Source: Oopsacas minuta (lineage: Eukaryota > Animalia > Porifera). Taken from it: a stretch of DNA of 64,000 bases. The notes below the pieces were generated by a model. That model did not search any database and had not been told where the DNA came from. It saw only the letters and a program-made list of their open reading frames with translations. The stretch covers positions 186,001 through 250,000 of the forward strand of contig JAKMXF010000316.1 of assembly GCA_024704765.1 (NCBI GenBank), in the 5' to 3' direction. The translations under genes and the position numbers were made by a program. This document shows, piece after piece, positions 24,150-37,608 of this stretch (its first letter is position 1; every line of letters begins with the position of its first letter).

Positions 24150-26640
24150 TTATTTTCCCTTGAATCAAGTCCACAAATGTGAAGATGATGATCCAGGAAG
24201 TAAAAAACTGTTTCAACGGGTATCTCAACAATACCAAGTGATAGCTGTATATATTGGTGGTATATGGAGTGACCACTTTGTCAGATTCTGAATGCGTTGC
24301 ATTTGTCCGACAAATCGCACACAAATTACCAATGAATATCTGAATGGGATCACCTTCTTCATCGGAACTAACATCAATTGTGATTATCTCCGTTGAAGAC
24401 CACATCATTTTCATGATATCTTTAAGAAACTCTAATGGTGAAAAACACACTCATAAGGTATTTCCTGCATTGACGATTATACTCCTCATTTAGTATACAG
24501 TAGAAACCGGATATTTTTAACAAATTTTTGTGCAAAGAATCCATTATTTCTTCGGATATTTTTACTTTATTGTCAGTTTACTTGGTGAATATTCCATTCT
24601 TAGCCATGTCTTCCCAGAAGCGCTTGTCTTTAGCTCAAAAGTATGCCATTATTGCTACATACAATGCACCTGTTGGCGCCTATAAGAGATCTATCACTGA
24701 GCTGTCCAAGGTTTATGATGTTTCGAAACCGGCCGTGAGCTATATCCTGAAGAACCAGGAGAATTCAAGGGTACATTGGAGGCTGGGATGCCCACCAAAA
24801 GGTTCAACACTCGTCCTCCATTGAAGTACAGCTTGATTGACGGCCACCTCATGGACTGGTTTACAGCCCTGTGGGCTGCTAACAAAGAGATCAACGGCCA
24901 AATCATGCTACAAGCAGCCAGAGAGATTGTCAAAATGCTTGGAGCTGGTGATCCTGAGGATATGAACGAGTCCTCGATCCAGAGATGGCGCGAGAGGCAT
25001 GGGGTCCACTACAAACCCTCCATGGTGAGGCTGCAGAATGTCCTGACTTTGAAGAGTGGTTGGTGACCATCAGGCCCATCCTGAGCAGGTATGCCCAACG
25101 GGACATCTATAACGCTGATGAGACAGCCTTGTTTTGGAGGATGTCTGAGGGAAAGTCTTTTGTGGCTGCCAACGAAGCTAGGGTGGCTGGCCGCAAGACG
25201 AGCAAGTCGAGGGTTACGCTACTTATTGGATCCTCTATGACTGGCGAGAAACTTCCACTTTTGTGCATCGGTTCTGCCAAGAAGCCTCGCTGGCCTGTGG
25301 TGTTAGGCAAGAAAGCTGATGCCCCTATAGCCTCGCCAGTTCAGGAAAGGGTTGGATGAATACTGCATTGTTCAACAAGTGGCTACAGGAATTCAATGGT
25401 AAAATCACAAGGCAGGGCAGGCAGTGCATGTTGCTCGTAGACAACTGTCCTGCACATCTGGGCTTGTGCGAGAAGTATGATGGAGTGAAGGCAAATCTCA
25501 AGTTAGTCATGTTGCCAAAGAATACAACTGCAAAGCTTCAGCCCTGTGATCAGGGAGTCATCCGATCCCTGAAAGCCCACTACCGAGGCAAGCTTGCCAG
25601 ACTCATCCTCAACAAGGAAGCCAAATCTGTCTCCCTCTATGAGGGGCTCTGTATGGTTCGTTTAGCCTGGAGTCAAGTCACAACAGAAGTGGTGGTGAAC
25701 TGCTGGAAAAAGTCTCGCCTGAATGATGGAAAGGATCAGCCTGATGTTGATGAGGCGGAAGTGGCAGATAAGGATCTGGATGATGTGGGCGAAGTAATGA
25801 GGATGGCTAACATAGAGGATATGCAACCAGTGGCTCACGAGCCCGTTCCTGATCTCGAGGCATTCCTGGCTACCTTGACACTTCATACGGATGTTGGGAT
25901 AGAGGACACTGCCGAACTTCCTGATGGTGACGAGTCTGACATGGGTGAGGATGGGGATGAGAAAGCTCTTGCCTCGAATGCCCACTGCCTTAAGTTTCTG
26001 TCTCGGATCAAGAACAGGCTAATCTATACTACTGGTCAGACCCCTGATTGCTTGGTGGAACTGCAATCCATTCTCATGCACCAGCCGCAGCAACAGGCCA
26101 AGATAATCCAATTCTTCCCTTTGCAGTGAAAAGGGACGATGAGGAAATAGCTGTTCAAACACTAATTTACTGAATATTTATAGATACCGTTAAGTTATAG
26201 TTGTAGTAGTAGCTAAAATCGGATATTTTCAACAATCGGATATTTTTAACAAATTTTCGTGCAAAGAATGTGTTAAAAATATCCGGTTTATACTGTACAT
26301 TGCTTTTCTTTGGTCTTGTTATTGGTAGCATTTTCAATCTACTTAGCTCGTTGCCCTATCTTGTATAATTTCATTAATTGTTCTACGAGGTTTCAAATTC
26401 TTGGATGGTTGCATTTGATGATAGATTGTAACCTACCATGGTAGCTCTCTGCCCCATTATTAGTTAAAATCCCATTATGCCAGTTTGATAACTGTTCACT
26501 AGATACTTGGTTTATCCACCTTCTTTGCATAAAGCGTTCCAATTTCATGGCCAAAAGGAGTCCATGATAAGGTACTGATATGCAACTTTATTGGTATATG
26601 TATTTTCAAAAATCACAATTTTCTACCATCTTTGTATTTA
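24150..26640 (-). mobile_element. MULE transposase C-terminal remnant split by the Tigger at 24498-26295
   Basis: TNNGAESYHGRLQSIIKCNHPRI at about 26400-26470. PITRPKKSN resumes after the Tigger as LNEEYNRQC...FSPLEFLKDI. Confidence 0.6.
24498..26295 (+). mobile_element. pogo/Tigger transposon, full length, about 3 frameshifts
   Basis: TIRs CAGTA(G/T)AAACCGGATATTTTTAACA, TA TSD. ATG at 24606. Motifs IYNADETALFW, KSRVTLL, WM..ALFNKWL, LLVDNCPAH, LQPCDQGVIRSLKAHYR. Stop at 26129. Confidence 0.92.
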
Positions 26641-26869
26641 TCATGATTTAGAATATATCCCAGTCAAAATAATTGCTTAAACTAAATGATATCCAATATT
26701 TTATTCTATATCCCGATACCATATAAACAAGCAGTTGGACAAATGCCAACATGGCGAGTCGGAGATACCTAGCGTCTCCGTGGTCTATTTGTCGATTGGC
26801 ATGTGTGTTTTTAAGGAATCCAGAAAATAACTTAAGTAACCGGTATAATAGCCTATCTAAACTAATTCT

Positions 26870-27330
26870 CTTAGTCGTCGTCAAGTAGATTTAATCGAAA
26901 AGATAAGCATGAATCTTGAGGAAACTTCTCTAAAGATGGAAACCCCATACAACTGACTTTTGGTTGACATAGACCATTTTACTAGAAGATCAATCTTGTA
27001 CCTTTATTGCAAAATCATCCGAAGAAGTTTGTGAAGTCCTTCTTGACATATTTTTGGGAGCAAAGCTCGTGGATGTTGTCAGGACGTCTGATTACCTCAG
27101 GTTGTTGGATTAAGACTTTGGAATTATTATTTACTTGCTGCATTGGAAATTACAGGATTCATTATGAATATTGTTTACAAATGACTGGTCTTTCAAATTT
27201 TTTCTATACAAGATTGAGTAATAGAAATGTCCGTGAGACGAAAGGTTCGCCATTCATGTGAACCGTTTCCCGGAGGATGATTCATATATTCGACATGTTC
27301 ATATTACTGGTGTTCTTATAAACGATGCGC
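26870..27330 (+). mobile_element. Degenerate GIN/Ginger2 (KRBA2/SCAND3-like) integrase fragment
   Basis: RQVDLI, DHFTR, KSSEEVCEVLLDIF remnants, related to the 38989-39643 copy. Confidence 0.55.
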
Positions 27331-28368
27331 TCTAAATCCGAAACATTGAAAATACTCATTCTATGGGTGTTGACATTATAAAGCGAAGCTTGGTGAATAT
27401 ATTTGCTTGCGGGTATAATGAATTTGTGTTTAGTATACTACCGTGGAACCAATATTAACCTACATTCGTTGGGACTGAAAATTGTTTAGCAAATTGCCGG
27501 AATGTGTAGGTGAATTCTTAATGTCGGAAGCGGTTTCAAATTGGAAGCACTGCAGGGGGCGTCCACAGATTAAAGTATGGTGTAGGCAATCAAGGGGTTA
27601 GTAATGAATGCTGGACGCTCCTCTAGGAGTGCGACTTTTGATGAAATAATATTTAGGAACGTGAAATTTGGGAACCCTTTCCTATTCCATAACAATAATT
27701 TACTGATTGAGGCGTACGAAAAATTTGAGAGGTTTCCGAGCACGCTCCTAACCCTCATCGAGTTAGGAGGATGCTCAGAAAACCCTGGATAACCCCCTGG
27801 GCACAATAGATATGAAATTGAAACACAAACGTAGGCATGGAGAATAAATCACACTCTTGTCTTCATTTATTTAAGTTTCAGTGGAGAATAAGTCACAATA
27901 CAAAAACATTTGACGAAAACTTCTAATGAAGATGACTAATACCTGACATAAGTATTCTATTCAACAAGAGGAATATAGATTAAATACTGAATCAAAAGCA
28001 ACAATAATTCTCCTGTAACAAGGGAAGAGGAATAAATCACTCAAATATATAATTCGAGTAATTTGAACTTCATTGTGAAACTGCTAAAGTTTTTGAAGCC
28101 AAACTATTAGTTATAGTGGAAACTCCATAGGTTAAATGGTGAACTCTATAAGGGGGCAATTTGGTCCATCTCCATTTACTTTCATAGAAACGAACCCCTA
28201 TAAGCGAGGAGTGCAATATACTCTAGAGGTGCTGCAGTGATTGCAATAAAACCAGACTAAATATTCACTATGTTTTTATTCATATACAATAGTATTTTGG
28301 AAAATGTGCCAAATTGCAAAATCAGTTACAATTTTGGCTATACTGAGAAATGATGAAGAATTTGGTAC

Positions 28369-28689
28369 CTTGCTCGTGACGACAGGATATTCTGCAGAGT
28401 TTATCAATTCCTTTTCAGAGGATGGTGCTACATTGCTAAATTTAGCGAAATTACCCCAACGTCCATCATTGTAGAATAGACAAAATCTACTAGAGATCCT
28501 GCAAATATCCCATATTCCCATCTGTCTTGCTATCTTTGATAATTCAAACAATAACTGGCAACGTAATTTATCCATACTAGTTGGAAGAGTGTGAACTTGG
28601 ATACGCTTAGAAGATTCAATAAACATATCTACAGATCTTTCAAGAAAATCCAATATCAAGAATGGGTCATCTGTCCGGAGATCTGTGTG
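28369..28689 (-). CDS. CFAP46: CFAP46-like internal exon (107 codons)
   Basis: Acceptor CTCTCTTTGTAG| at 28690/28689 and donor AAG|GTACCA at 28369/28368, both phase 0. ELSKIARQMGIWDICRISSRFCLFY matches recalled [25 protein letters not shown]. Confidence 0.88.
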
Positions 28690-29899
28690 CTACAAAGAGA
28701 GGGTACAAATTTCAGAGTAAAGAAAATTAGAAAAATATATAGCAAATGACAAGTAAATTCTATATTGTAGAAATGGTGGAATTTGCAAGAATAAAGGTAT
28801 TGCATTGTTGTAGAACAAAGAACTATCAACCATTATATACTAGAATATTTCAAAAATATGTCAAAATATTTGTCCAAAACACAAGCATTTTTAGTATACC
28901 ATTTTCGATTCATTGTAGAGCCTAAAAATTGCATATTTCATTTCAACGATAATATTTGAATAATTCATAGGTTTAAGAAGAAATGTTAAAACAAGTATTA
29001 CAAACTTGATTCGTTCTAACAGTAGGGAACAGGGTGACACAATTTCATGAACATCAAATATAACCCGAAAGTTTATTATGGATAATCAAGTAATGACAGC
29101 AATTTTGTAGAAAATACCCGATTCGCCATACCCCTGATAATATATTTTGATAAATTAACTCTTACCAATGTGAAATTATGGTGAATACACCAAGATATGG
29201 TAATGGTTAACTTTACGCAAACATTTTCAGAGTTATCATATCAAAATGTATCATCAGGGTATGGGAAGTCGGGTATCAACTACAAATTCGCTAGCTTTAC
29301 TTGATAATAATTTTAAGGCTTTTCGAATTATAATTGAATATTTAAAAATGTTTCAACCCTGGTCTCTACGGATAGAACGAAGCAACTTTTGTATTATAAA
29401 TTTTATCGTATTTACACAATCTGTGAGTAATATCAAATACACTCTGTGAAATGAAATACGCAATATTAGGTTTAAAAGGGATCAAAGAATGAAATATTAT
29501 ACCAAAAAATGCTTGCTAGGCACATATTTTGACCTATTATTGAAATATTATACCACATAATATTTGATGAACTTTTGATCTACATACATGCAATGCATTT
29601 ACTCTGGCAAAAATGCGCTGGTTTCTACAATAGAGAAATCACTTCGAATTTGGAATATTTGCTAACCTATCCCGAGTCCAAATCCACAAGTTACCTTCTT
29701 ACTTTACGTATAGTAGGCTGTGGTATAACCTAACTATCGTATGATCGTACCATGCCTAGATTTTCGGTTTGAGACCAGTCTGAACATATTCGAATTACAT
29801 TTTATACATTATTCCCTGAATGATGGACAGAGAATAATGTATTTAAGTCTAAAATGGCTCAAAATGGTGATGGCCAAACCCAATGAAAGAGTAGAGACA

Positions 29900-30900
29900 G
29901 ATATTTGAAATTTGGTATATTTATAGATCCATTATATATATTTAGTTGATACAAGTTTCAAATACATAGGAATTTGCCCACATGGCCATCCATTTATACA
30001 AAGTTGGAGTATTTTTTGTTTTTGTGAGAACATAAAATGTTGTAACCCATCACTGGACCTTAACTGAATATTGCTGAAACCAATTCGGTGATGAACCTGT
30101 AACCCTTTGTCTGACGATATCTCAGAAATCTTGGAACTACAAAATGACAATGTATTAATATTTTGTACAGAAACGGTTTTAGATCATTTAATATATCAAC
30201 ATTTTGAACACGTGTGAATAATGAAAGTCCTATATGGTTTCAAAAATTGAGCAGTTTTAATATATATTTGCCAATTACGCTAACAAATGACGTCACTCGC
30301 ATTTGTAAATTATAATAAATGTGGCTTTGCGAATCCGTATATATCAATAATACAATTATTCGGGTGAAATGTACAAGTTTCTTATAATCGGCGATTATAG
30401 ATTCCCATCAAAAAAATATAACCACTTCCTTTTATCCCTGGACCAGGGTAGTGATCAGACATTATCTTTAGTAGGCTATGCATAATTGTATAGCGAGATA
30501 TTCAATTATATTAATAACTACTAGTAGGCAAGGCGTCGGGAGTCCAAGGAAGTAAGAGATCGATTAATCTGATTGAGATACGATGTGCTACACCTATAAA
30601 TACCTTTGCAAGGTGGAAAACAAAGAAATTCCAAAATCTCAAACTAATGAAATCAATATCCGCTCACCCTAATGTCCGTTGGACTTGTGCAATACATCAG
30701 TCCCATCACAATCTCGGATATTTTAGGGGGTAAAAGAATAATGGATATCGCAAGGAGTCGAATACAATCACTTGAAACATGCATAAATAGCGCCGATACA
30801 AAAATGCTAGTCCGGCCTGATTCAAAGTGGAGAAATTGATGAGAAGTGAACGTAAATTGCAAATATACTTTGAAAATATTATTAACGGCCATCAATACGT
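29900..30900 (-). mobile_element. Highly degenerate MULE-like transposase fragment (tentative)
   Basis: IRLLAISIILLPPKISE resembles the MULE R.LMALP.LP motif. Remainder is badly broken. Confidence 0.3.
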
Positions 30901-33900
30901 GTATATAGCTCAGCTATGCTGGTACAGCCTTTTTGTAATAGCTTATCTATCTGGGAAGAAGGTCATTTTTCAGATTCATTAAAGTTACCTTTTCAACCGA
31001 GGGTATGGGTTTTGCATAAATTCACTGGACTCAACTTTAACTCAACTATATATCAATGAAACTGTTAGTTAATATACATTTTCCTGCCTGGTTTTATCAC
31101 CTTTGAATGAACTCCATGTATACCCCATTTATATGTACTCCGTGTACAAGGTATAATATAATCGCTTTCTTTCTAAACATTGGCTCGGAAGACTCCTCTT
31201 GACTAGCCAATTCAAGTATACTCTCAGATATGTTATATATATACAGAAATTGTTCTTCCTAATACAAATTACCTTGAAGCTGTTTTCTTCCCAAAATCTG
31301 TACACAATGCACTTTTCGATTGATTTCTATTCCCTAAATATATTTTTGAAGTAATTCCTACATACCAGCAAATTATTCCAAATTTAAATTAAGAATCTAA
31401 GTAATGTTACTGGTTTCAGTAATTCAGTAGATTGAATCTGTTATAGTGGGTCCTCCTATGATATTATCTCCAGAAATGATTGAATATGCTGGAAGACACA
31501 CAAGGTTGATGTATTGCATAGATGTAAATTTAGGCCTGGCAGAGAAAAAATCGATTCATCGACGAAAATTCAAACCTATGATAAGGTTATGATGTAGTTA
31601 CCCCCATTTTGAATTTCGAAGAATAACATTATGAGCCACTGCTCAGCCAAAATAGATTTTACATGGTTGAATTTTATATCCCAGGTACTATTCAATACAA
31701 TTTCTTGACGTAAAATTCTGTTCAATAAGTATCCCATTGAAGTGAGGCCGCAGAAACTCGGGTGACGTATGCCAAATTTAGTGCTGTTTCACCGTGTCAC
31801 ACTTACGATTCTAAGCCACCTGACTATAGGGGAGGCATGGTTTGCATAATTAATTAGGGCAATAAAATTACTAGTTAATGAATGGTTAATATATATATTG
31901 CAATGCAATCGTGGCCTGGTCCACAATCTCCATCGCTTCCCCACTCGCACGAAGTAACTGATCACTAAAGAGGAAGGCAAGGAAACAAACTGATTAACTA
32001 AAGTTTACCAGTAATTATTTATCAAATTGACAACATAATGTGCAGACACGCGAGGATGTAACTGATCGGGAAGAGCCACAGAGATAGACACGTACTAATT
32101 ATCTTAATTAGACTAGTCGAAAATACATTTTTATAGCTTTCGGATGGCATTGATTTAGGGATCTCCAATTCTCGTAACACCACCTCTAAATTCTGAGAGA
32201 CGTTAGTGGTCAGCTTCCTCGTAGTATAAGAGTAGTTTCTTGGGGCACAAGCTGTCATTTTGGGAATCTGTGAGGGAATGTGGGATCCTCTTGGAGCATA
32301 CTTTAGTTCATTTACGAGGATGGCAGGAGCATCCCCCGTTGAAATCCCTACAAGTGTTACTCACTAGTCAACAGTAATATGTGGTCTTCTTCTACCCCTA
32401 AGGCAATTTCGAGGGGTATTTCCGCAGTTACAGGTTTTGGGCGTCCGTTCTGATAGTCACAGTCTAATGCCTGCTGCTCCCAAGAAATCGCTTGCCTCAC
32501 TCCCTCACACTGGTATATGAAAGGCTAGCATCTTTATAATCTATTTCCAAGCTAATAAGGATGTCTTTCTAGCCATAACCAAGAAGAGTGATAATTTTGG
32601 ATATTGGTACTTTGAACTATTTAAAGATTTTAATCCATTTTTTGGTTGAAAATATCACCCAAGTTACAATCTAGAGTGTTGAAATGAGTAAATATATCTT
32701 GAAAACAAATGTTCGTATCTTGTAATTTGATAGATCTTACTAGGCAATCGCAAAATGTTCATTTTTAACATGGCCACTAGATCAATTTAAATTGAAATCA
32801 AATATGATGTAGTCCCGAGACCTTTGAACACCCGTGTTAATAACTTAATAATTACACATTGGAAACTCGTGTATATTGGACTTTCTACTGTGTTTCGTCT
32901 CGGTAAAGACTCGTCAGTTAAGCTGTCTTTCTTTCAATATACTTGAAACTGTAGAGTGTTTATATTTGCACTGAAGATAATCTCGTTGTAAATCGCGTTT
33001 CCAGTATTTCGGCTCACCAGGTTAAAGTCTGGAGGCCTAACATAACTGTTCACCCAAACAAATTGCTATATCTTGTTTTATTGGACTAAACCGTAATATG
33101 ATCCCCCTGGAATGTTGATCCCATATAGGATAAATTCACGGTTAGGTTTCTTGTTAATTTGCATAATCATCAATCGCAAATTTGTGACACAGTTTGAAAT
33201 GTAAAAGCTTCAAAATTCAATTGTATTACTCATACAAATATTTTGTGGTCATTATTCGTCATCGGCTAAAAATCTCATTTTTAGTGGTTCCTTGAATATG
33301 TTTGGGAATATTTTTCCAACCGAGTGATCCCTTGTTAGATGCCACTAGCCTATCTGATTCTCTCAAATATGCGTACTTCTACGAGTAAATCCATAGGTGT
33401 ATCAATGTGGGGGACCGTTGCGCCCCACGCAATAAAAGACATTGGAAGATCAGGAACTAATCAGTTTAAATGTATTGTATGATAATTTAAGATTTCTTAT
33501 ACTTAGAGATTAAGTGAATTTTTGAATAAATGTGATAAAATGTCGCTTTTAGATGTTTGCCTATTTTTAGCCTTCAGGGTCAGTTCTTAGAACAAATTTG
33601 TATTTATTCACTATTATCAGATGTTTTCTCATACTTCAACTGACTTGAGTGCGCAAATACGTGTACTGATATATCATATTATGTGGTGCTATAATGATAG
33701 TATTACTTGTGATAATTCTTAGACCCTCATTGGAAATTTGAATTTTAGATTCGATAATCTCAGTGATATAATCCATGCTTTTGGCTCCCCCCCAACATTA
33801 TAGTTTTCGTATGCCTATACCTAAATCAGTCAATTAGTGTTATGGTATAGCTAAAGGTCCTCAATATTCAAGCTTCTTTATATACCTTTACCAAATACAT

Positions 33901-34040
33901 AGTCGTAGAGGTGCGGCTAATGATTCTAAATAATGACTCGGTATTTGTGAGAAAGTATTCTTGAAATGTACTGAATCCTTAGTGGAGTTCATTAGTAAAT
34001 TTTCGATTTGAATAGTTTAGTAAATATACTTAATATGCTA

Positions 34041-35192
34041 CGGGCGTTCAATAAGTAGTCGTTATTCCAAATTATGTAAGTCAGAATATTTCGATCTCAA
34101 TCAAACTGAATTTTCTAATAACAATCCATCCATTGTGAATTTAATAATGCAAAGCTTTTTTGGTTCTGATGTGTCGTTCTAACATTGTTCCTATTTATAG
34201 TTTGACAGTTTATTATAGTAACATTTTAATGGCTTCAAAAAGTACCGATTTCAAAATTGAGCAGAGAGCATATGTGAAGATCAGAACACTGTTCAAAATT
34301 TCACCAACAGATGTCCACAAAGATTTAGAGGAAGTTTATAAGGATACAGCACTTCCATATCACACTGTTGTTGATTGGGCCAGACGCTTTCGTGAGGGTA
34401 GAGTGTCCATTGAAGATGAGGCAAGAGAAGGGAGACTAGTATCCAGCGCTAGTGACCAAAACATCCTTGAGGTATCCGCGGTAATTGAAAAAGACCCTCA
34501 TATCAAGAATGTGGAGGTAGCCAATGCGGTTGGGATCTCAACGGGAACTGCTCAAGCTATTGGACATGATAATATGAAATTCCGAAAGCCATGTGCTTGA
34601 TGGGTGCTGCATTTACTAACTCAGGTCCAGACAGCAAAGAGGATCCAATGCGCTACTAAATTGCTCTCTGAGTTTGATCGAGCTGACTCCAAGAAGGTTA
34701 TTTGAGATAGTAACAGGTGACAAAACTTGGGTACGTTATTCTGAGCCTTTATCAAAAGAAGTAAGCCACGTATGGGTGGCAAAGGACAGGACCCAACAAT
34801 GATCCTTGACATGACTTTCGGGATCCGGGGTCATGTACTGCAAATTTTTTTATTCTAATTGTCTAGTGTGCCAGATTTGTGTCCCCAAATACCAAACAAC
34901 ATCAGGCTATTCTACACCAATGAGTGTCTAACAGAGATTGAAAAATTCGATCAAAATCGACGACTAAGGATTGGAACTCGTAGATTGCGAATATTGCATG
35001 ATAACGCCCGACCGCACAAGACAAAGCTAGTTAGAGAAAAGTTGGAAGCTATGAAGATTGTGGAGCTAGATCATTCTCCCTACTCGCCAGATCTAGCTCC
35101 CTGTTCCTTTGAGTTATCTCCAAGGCTAAAGAAACATCTATCAGGCAGGAAATTCGAGAGTCACGCTCAGATGGGATCGGCGATTTTCCAGT
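34041..35192 (+). mobile_element. mariner (SETMAR/Hsmar-like) element lacking its right TIR
   Basis: TA|CGGGCGTTCAATAAGT left end, ATG at 34229. Motifs EQRAYVKI, WARRFREGR, WV(L)H.LT, VTGD.TW, LHDNARPH, YSPDLAP. Confidence 0.88.
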
Positions 35193-35214
35193 AAAATAAA
35201 TTTAGTAGTGTAAT

Positions 35215-35350
35215 TAGGGTTGCCAGGCGGCTTTGAGCCGGACAATCTGGTTTGGAGTGATTTTTGTCCGGCTTTAGAGTCTAGAGTCAGGGAATGGACC
35301 AAGATTGTCCGGGTTTGGACAATTTTGATTCCTTTCAGACTACTCAGGAC
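35215..35350 (+). mobile_element. Left end of a hAT-like MITE (TAGGGTTGCCAG terminus)
   Basis: Characteristic terminus followed by CCGGAC/GTCCGG subterminal repeats. Partner end not found. Confidence 0.4.
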
Positions 35351-36301
35351 AGTCAATATCTTCTACACTCATCTAGGTTTGACTAAATCCTAGTAAACAC
35401 AGAAATGATCGCGCTCGCTACGCTAGCTCGTCATCAATTGGTAAGATACATCATCACCTCAAGAATTACACAACTGATTGTCCAGTGAACAACCTTGTAG
35501 AAGGTTAAACTCTATCCGCTCGCACGATCAATAGCAATTTTAGGATAATTATGTACTGAAAATTCTTCTATGTGAATAGATACGGATAATACAAGGGCCT
35601 CAACATCTTATCGGTGCTTGAAACCGATCTTTGGTAGAAACTACGGATTATCGCTGTATAATAAACCCAAAAAAGATTAGCGTATGTAGCTATTTTACAA
35701 TCATCACATAGCATAAAATACAAGAAAATTAATTAATTACCACAAAAATATCGATCCTTAAATCAATAATCATGTCACGAATTGTCAATCATAGGTATTG
35801 TAATGACACGAATTGTATGTATTCAATATAAAGCCACTAAATAGTATAAATGTACCATGAGTTGAAAATATTCAGGATTAGCATTTATTATCTAAATAGA
35901 AAGTCTGTACTGCAGTTGGAATAGGAAAAATTCAAATTTGACGTTAGTAGGGTCAAAATCTAAGGTATGGTTGATAAATTCACCTTAGTTATCTTAAATT
36001 ACTTACTTTAGAAGATATAATATTCTTTGAGTTCCTATTTGCATGATCGTGCATGGCTAAAAGAGTTGCAACTTGTGTTAACCTATGATAGATAATTTAC
36101 AAAGTGTTTAGTGATTTACACCATAATTACTATTACATACGGCATCAATTTTGTCACATCCTGCACTTGGAGTATAATACATTTCCGAGAAATGTGTACA
36201 CAGTTAACGCTACGTGTAAATAGATTCAATATAATTACCATCAAATTGGGCTATAATCATTTTCATTATAATCAGCACCCTTGAAAACATTCCTTGTACT
36301 A

Positions 36302-37608
36302 CTTAGGGATTTCAATATATTCCAGGCCCTACATCATATTTGCACAAATATATATCCACATTCTATTTAATGTATATTCGTATTTACCCATTACATTTAC
36401 CCATAAAATACAGTTGAAATTATTCAATTCGGACTAGCAATGTGTAAATATCACAAGCTCTTGCATAATACATTATATAGCCCTTTTGATATCATGGCCT
36501 CCCCTGACTTCAATTTGAAATTTGAACAACGGGCGGTAATAAAGTTTCATTTAAGGCTTGGTGAAACGCCGATTGATATATATGAAAGGATGCTGAAAAT
36601 ATATTCGGATGATGCTCTTTCGTATTCATATGTGAAATGATGGACCAAGAGATTTAGGGACGGTAGGGAGAGCCTGGAAGATGCGGCTAAATGGGGACGC
36701 CTTATTTCCGTTATCACACGCCACATACCATCGATATGAGCAAGGATATTGTAGTTGACGATCCCTACTCAACTATCCCTGAAGTGTTGATGACATTTAG
36801 ATCAACGATCTTGAATATAGAAATATTTCTTCCAGATGGACGCCGCATGTTCTCACAGAGAATAAGAAAAGTGCTCGCCTCTTTTATGCGAAGGAATTAT
36901 TGAAATTCTATCAGTATGCTAACTATCACAGGTCAACTGAGGTTTGCACAGGTGATGAGACCTGGATTAAACATACTGAGCCTCTGGTAAAAGAATAGAG
37001 CAAACGTGGCTCCCTAAAGGTGCAACCCCAAACACTAATCTCAGGCCTGACTTCCGTACAATGAAGGTTCTATACTGTATATTCTTTGATTTTCATGGTA
37101 TAGTAGCTTACCATTTGTGTCCCAAAGAAGCGTACCCTGACCGGACAATTTTACGTAGAGGAATGTTTGACGGAGGTAAGAATCATTACTATTCGAAGAG
37201 ATCAAGTTGTGGGGCCAAGGGATCCGAATATTGCAGGATTATAACAGACCTCACAAATCTAAGATTGTCGGTAAAATGCTGAGTGAAATGGGAATGGTTG
37301 AGTTGCCCCATCCTCCTCATAGCACTGATATATTGCCATGTGGTTTCTTGCTTTACGGTTTGGTCAAAAAGCATTCGGCAGGCAAGGTTCTTGACACAAG
37401 ACTTGTGCTCAGATACGAGCTTCATAAAACCCTTAAAGACATACCCGAAGAAGAGTTCAAAGAACAATTCTGATGTGTATGGAGAGGTTAAAACTATGTG
37501 TCTCGCACAATTGCGAATATTTTGAGCATACCATGAAATGATAGATTTACCTATGATCTTATCTATGATTTTAGACTAATAGGCCAGGAATATATTGAAT
37601 GCCCCAAG
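36302..37608 (+). mobile_element. mariner element, full length, heavily mutated
   Basis: TIRs CTT(A/G)GGG..TTCAATATATTCC(A/T)GGCC, TA TSD. ATG at 36494. Motifs EQRAVIKF, TGDETWI, LQDYNRPH, PHPPHSTDILPCGF. Confidence 0.88.
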
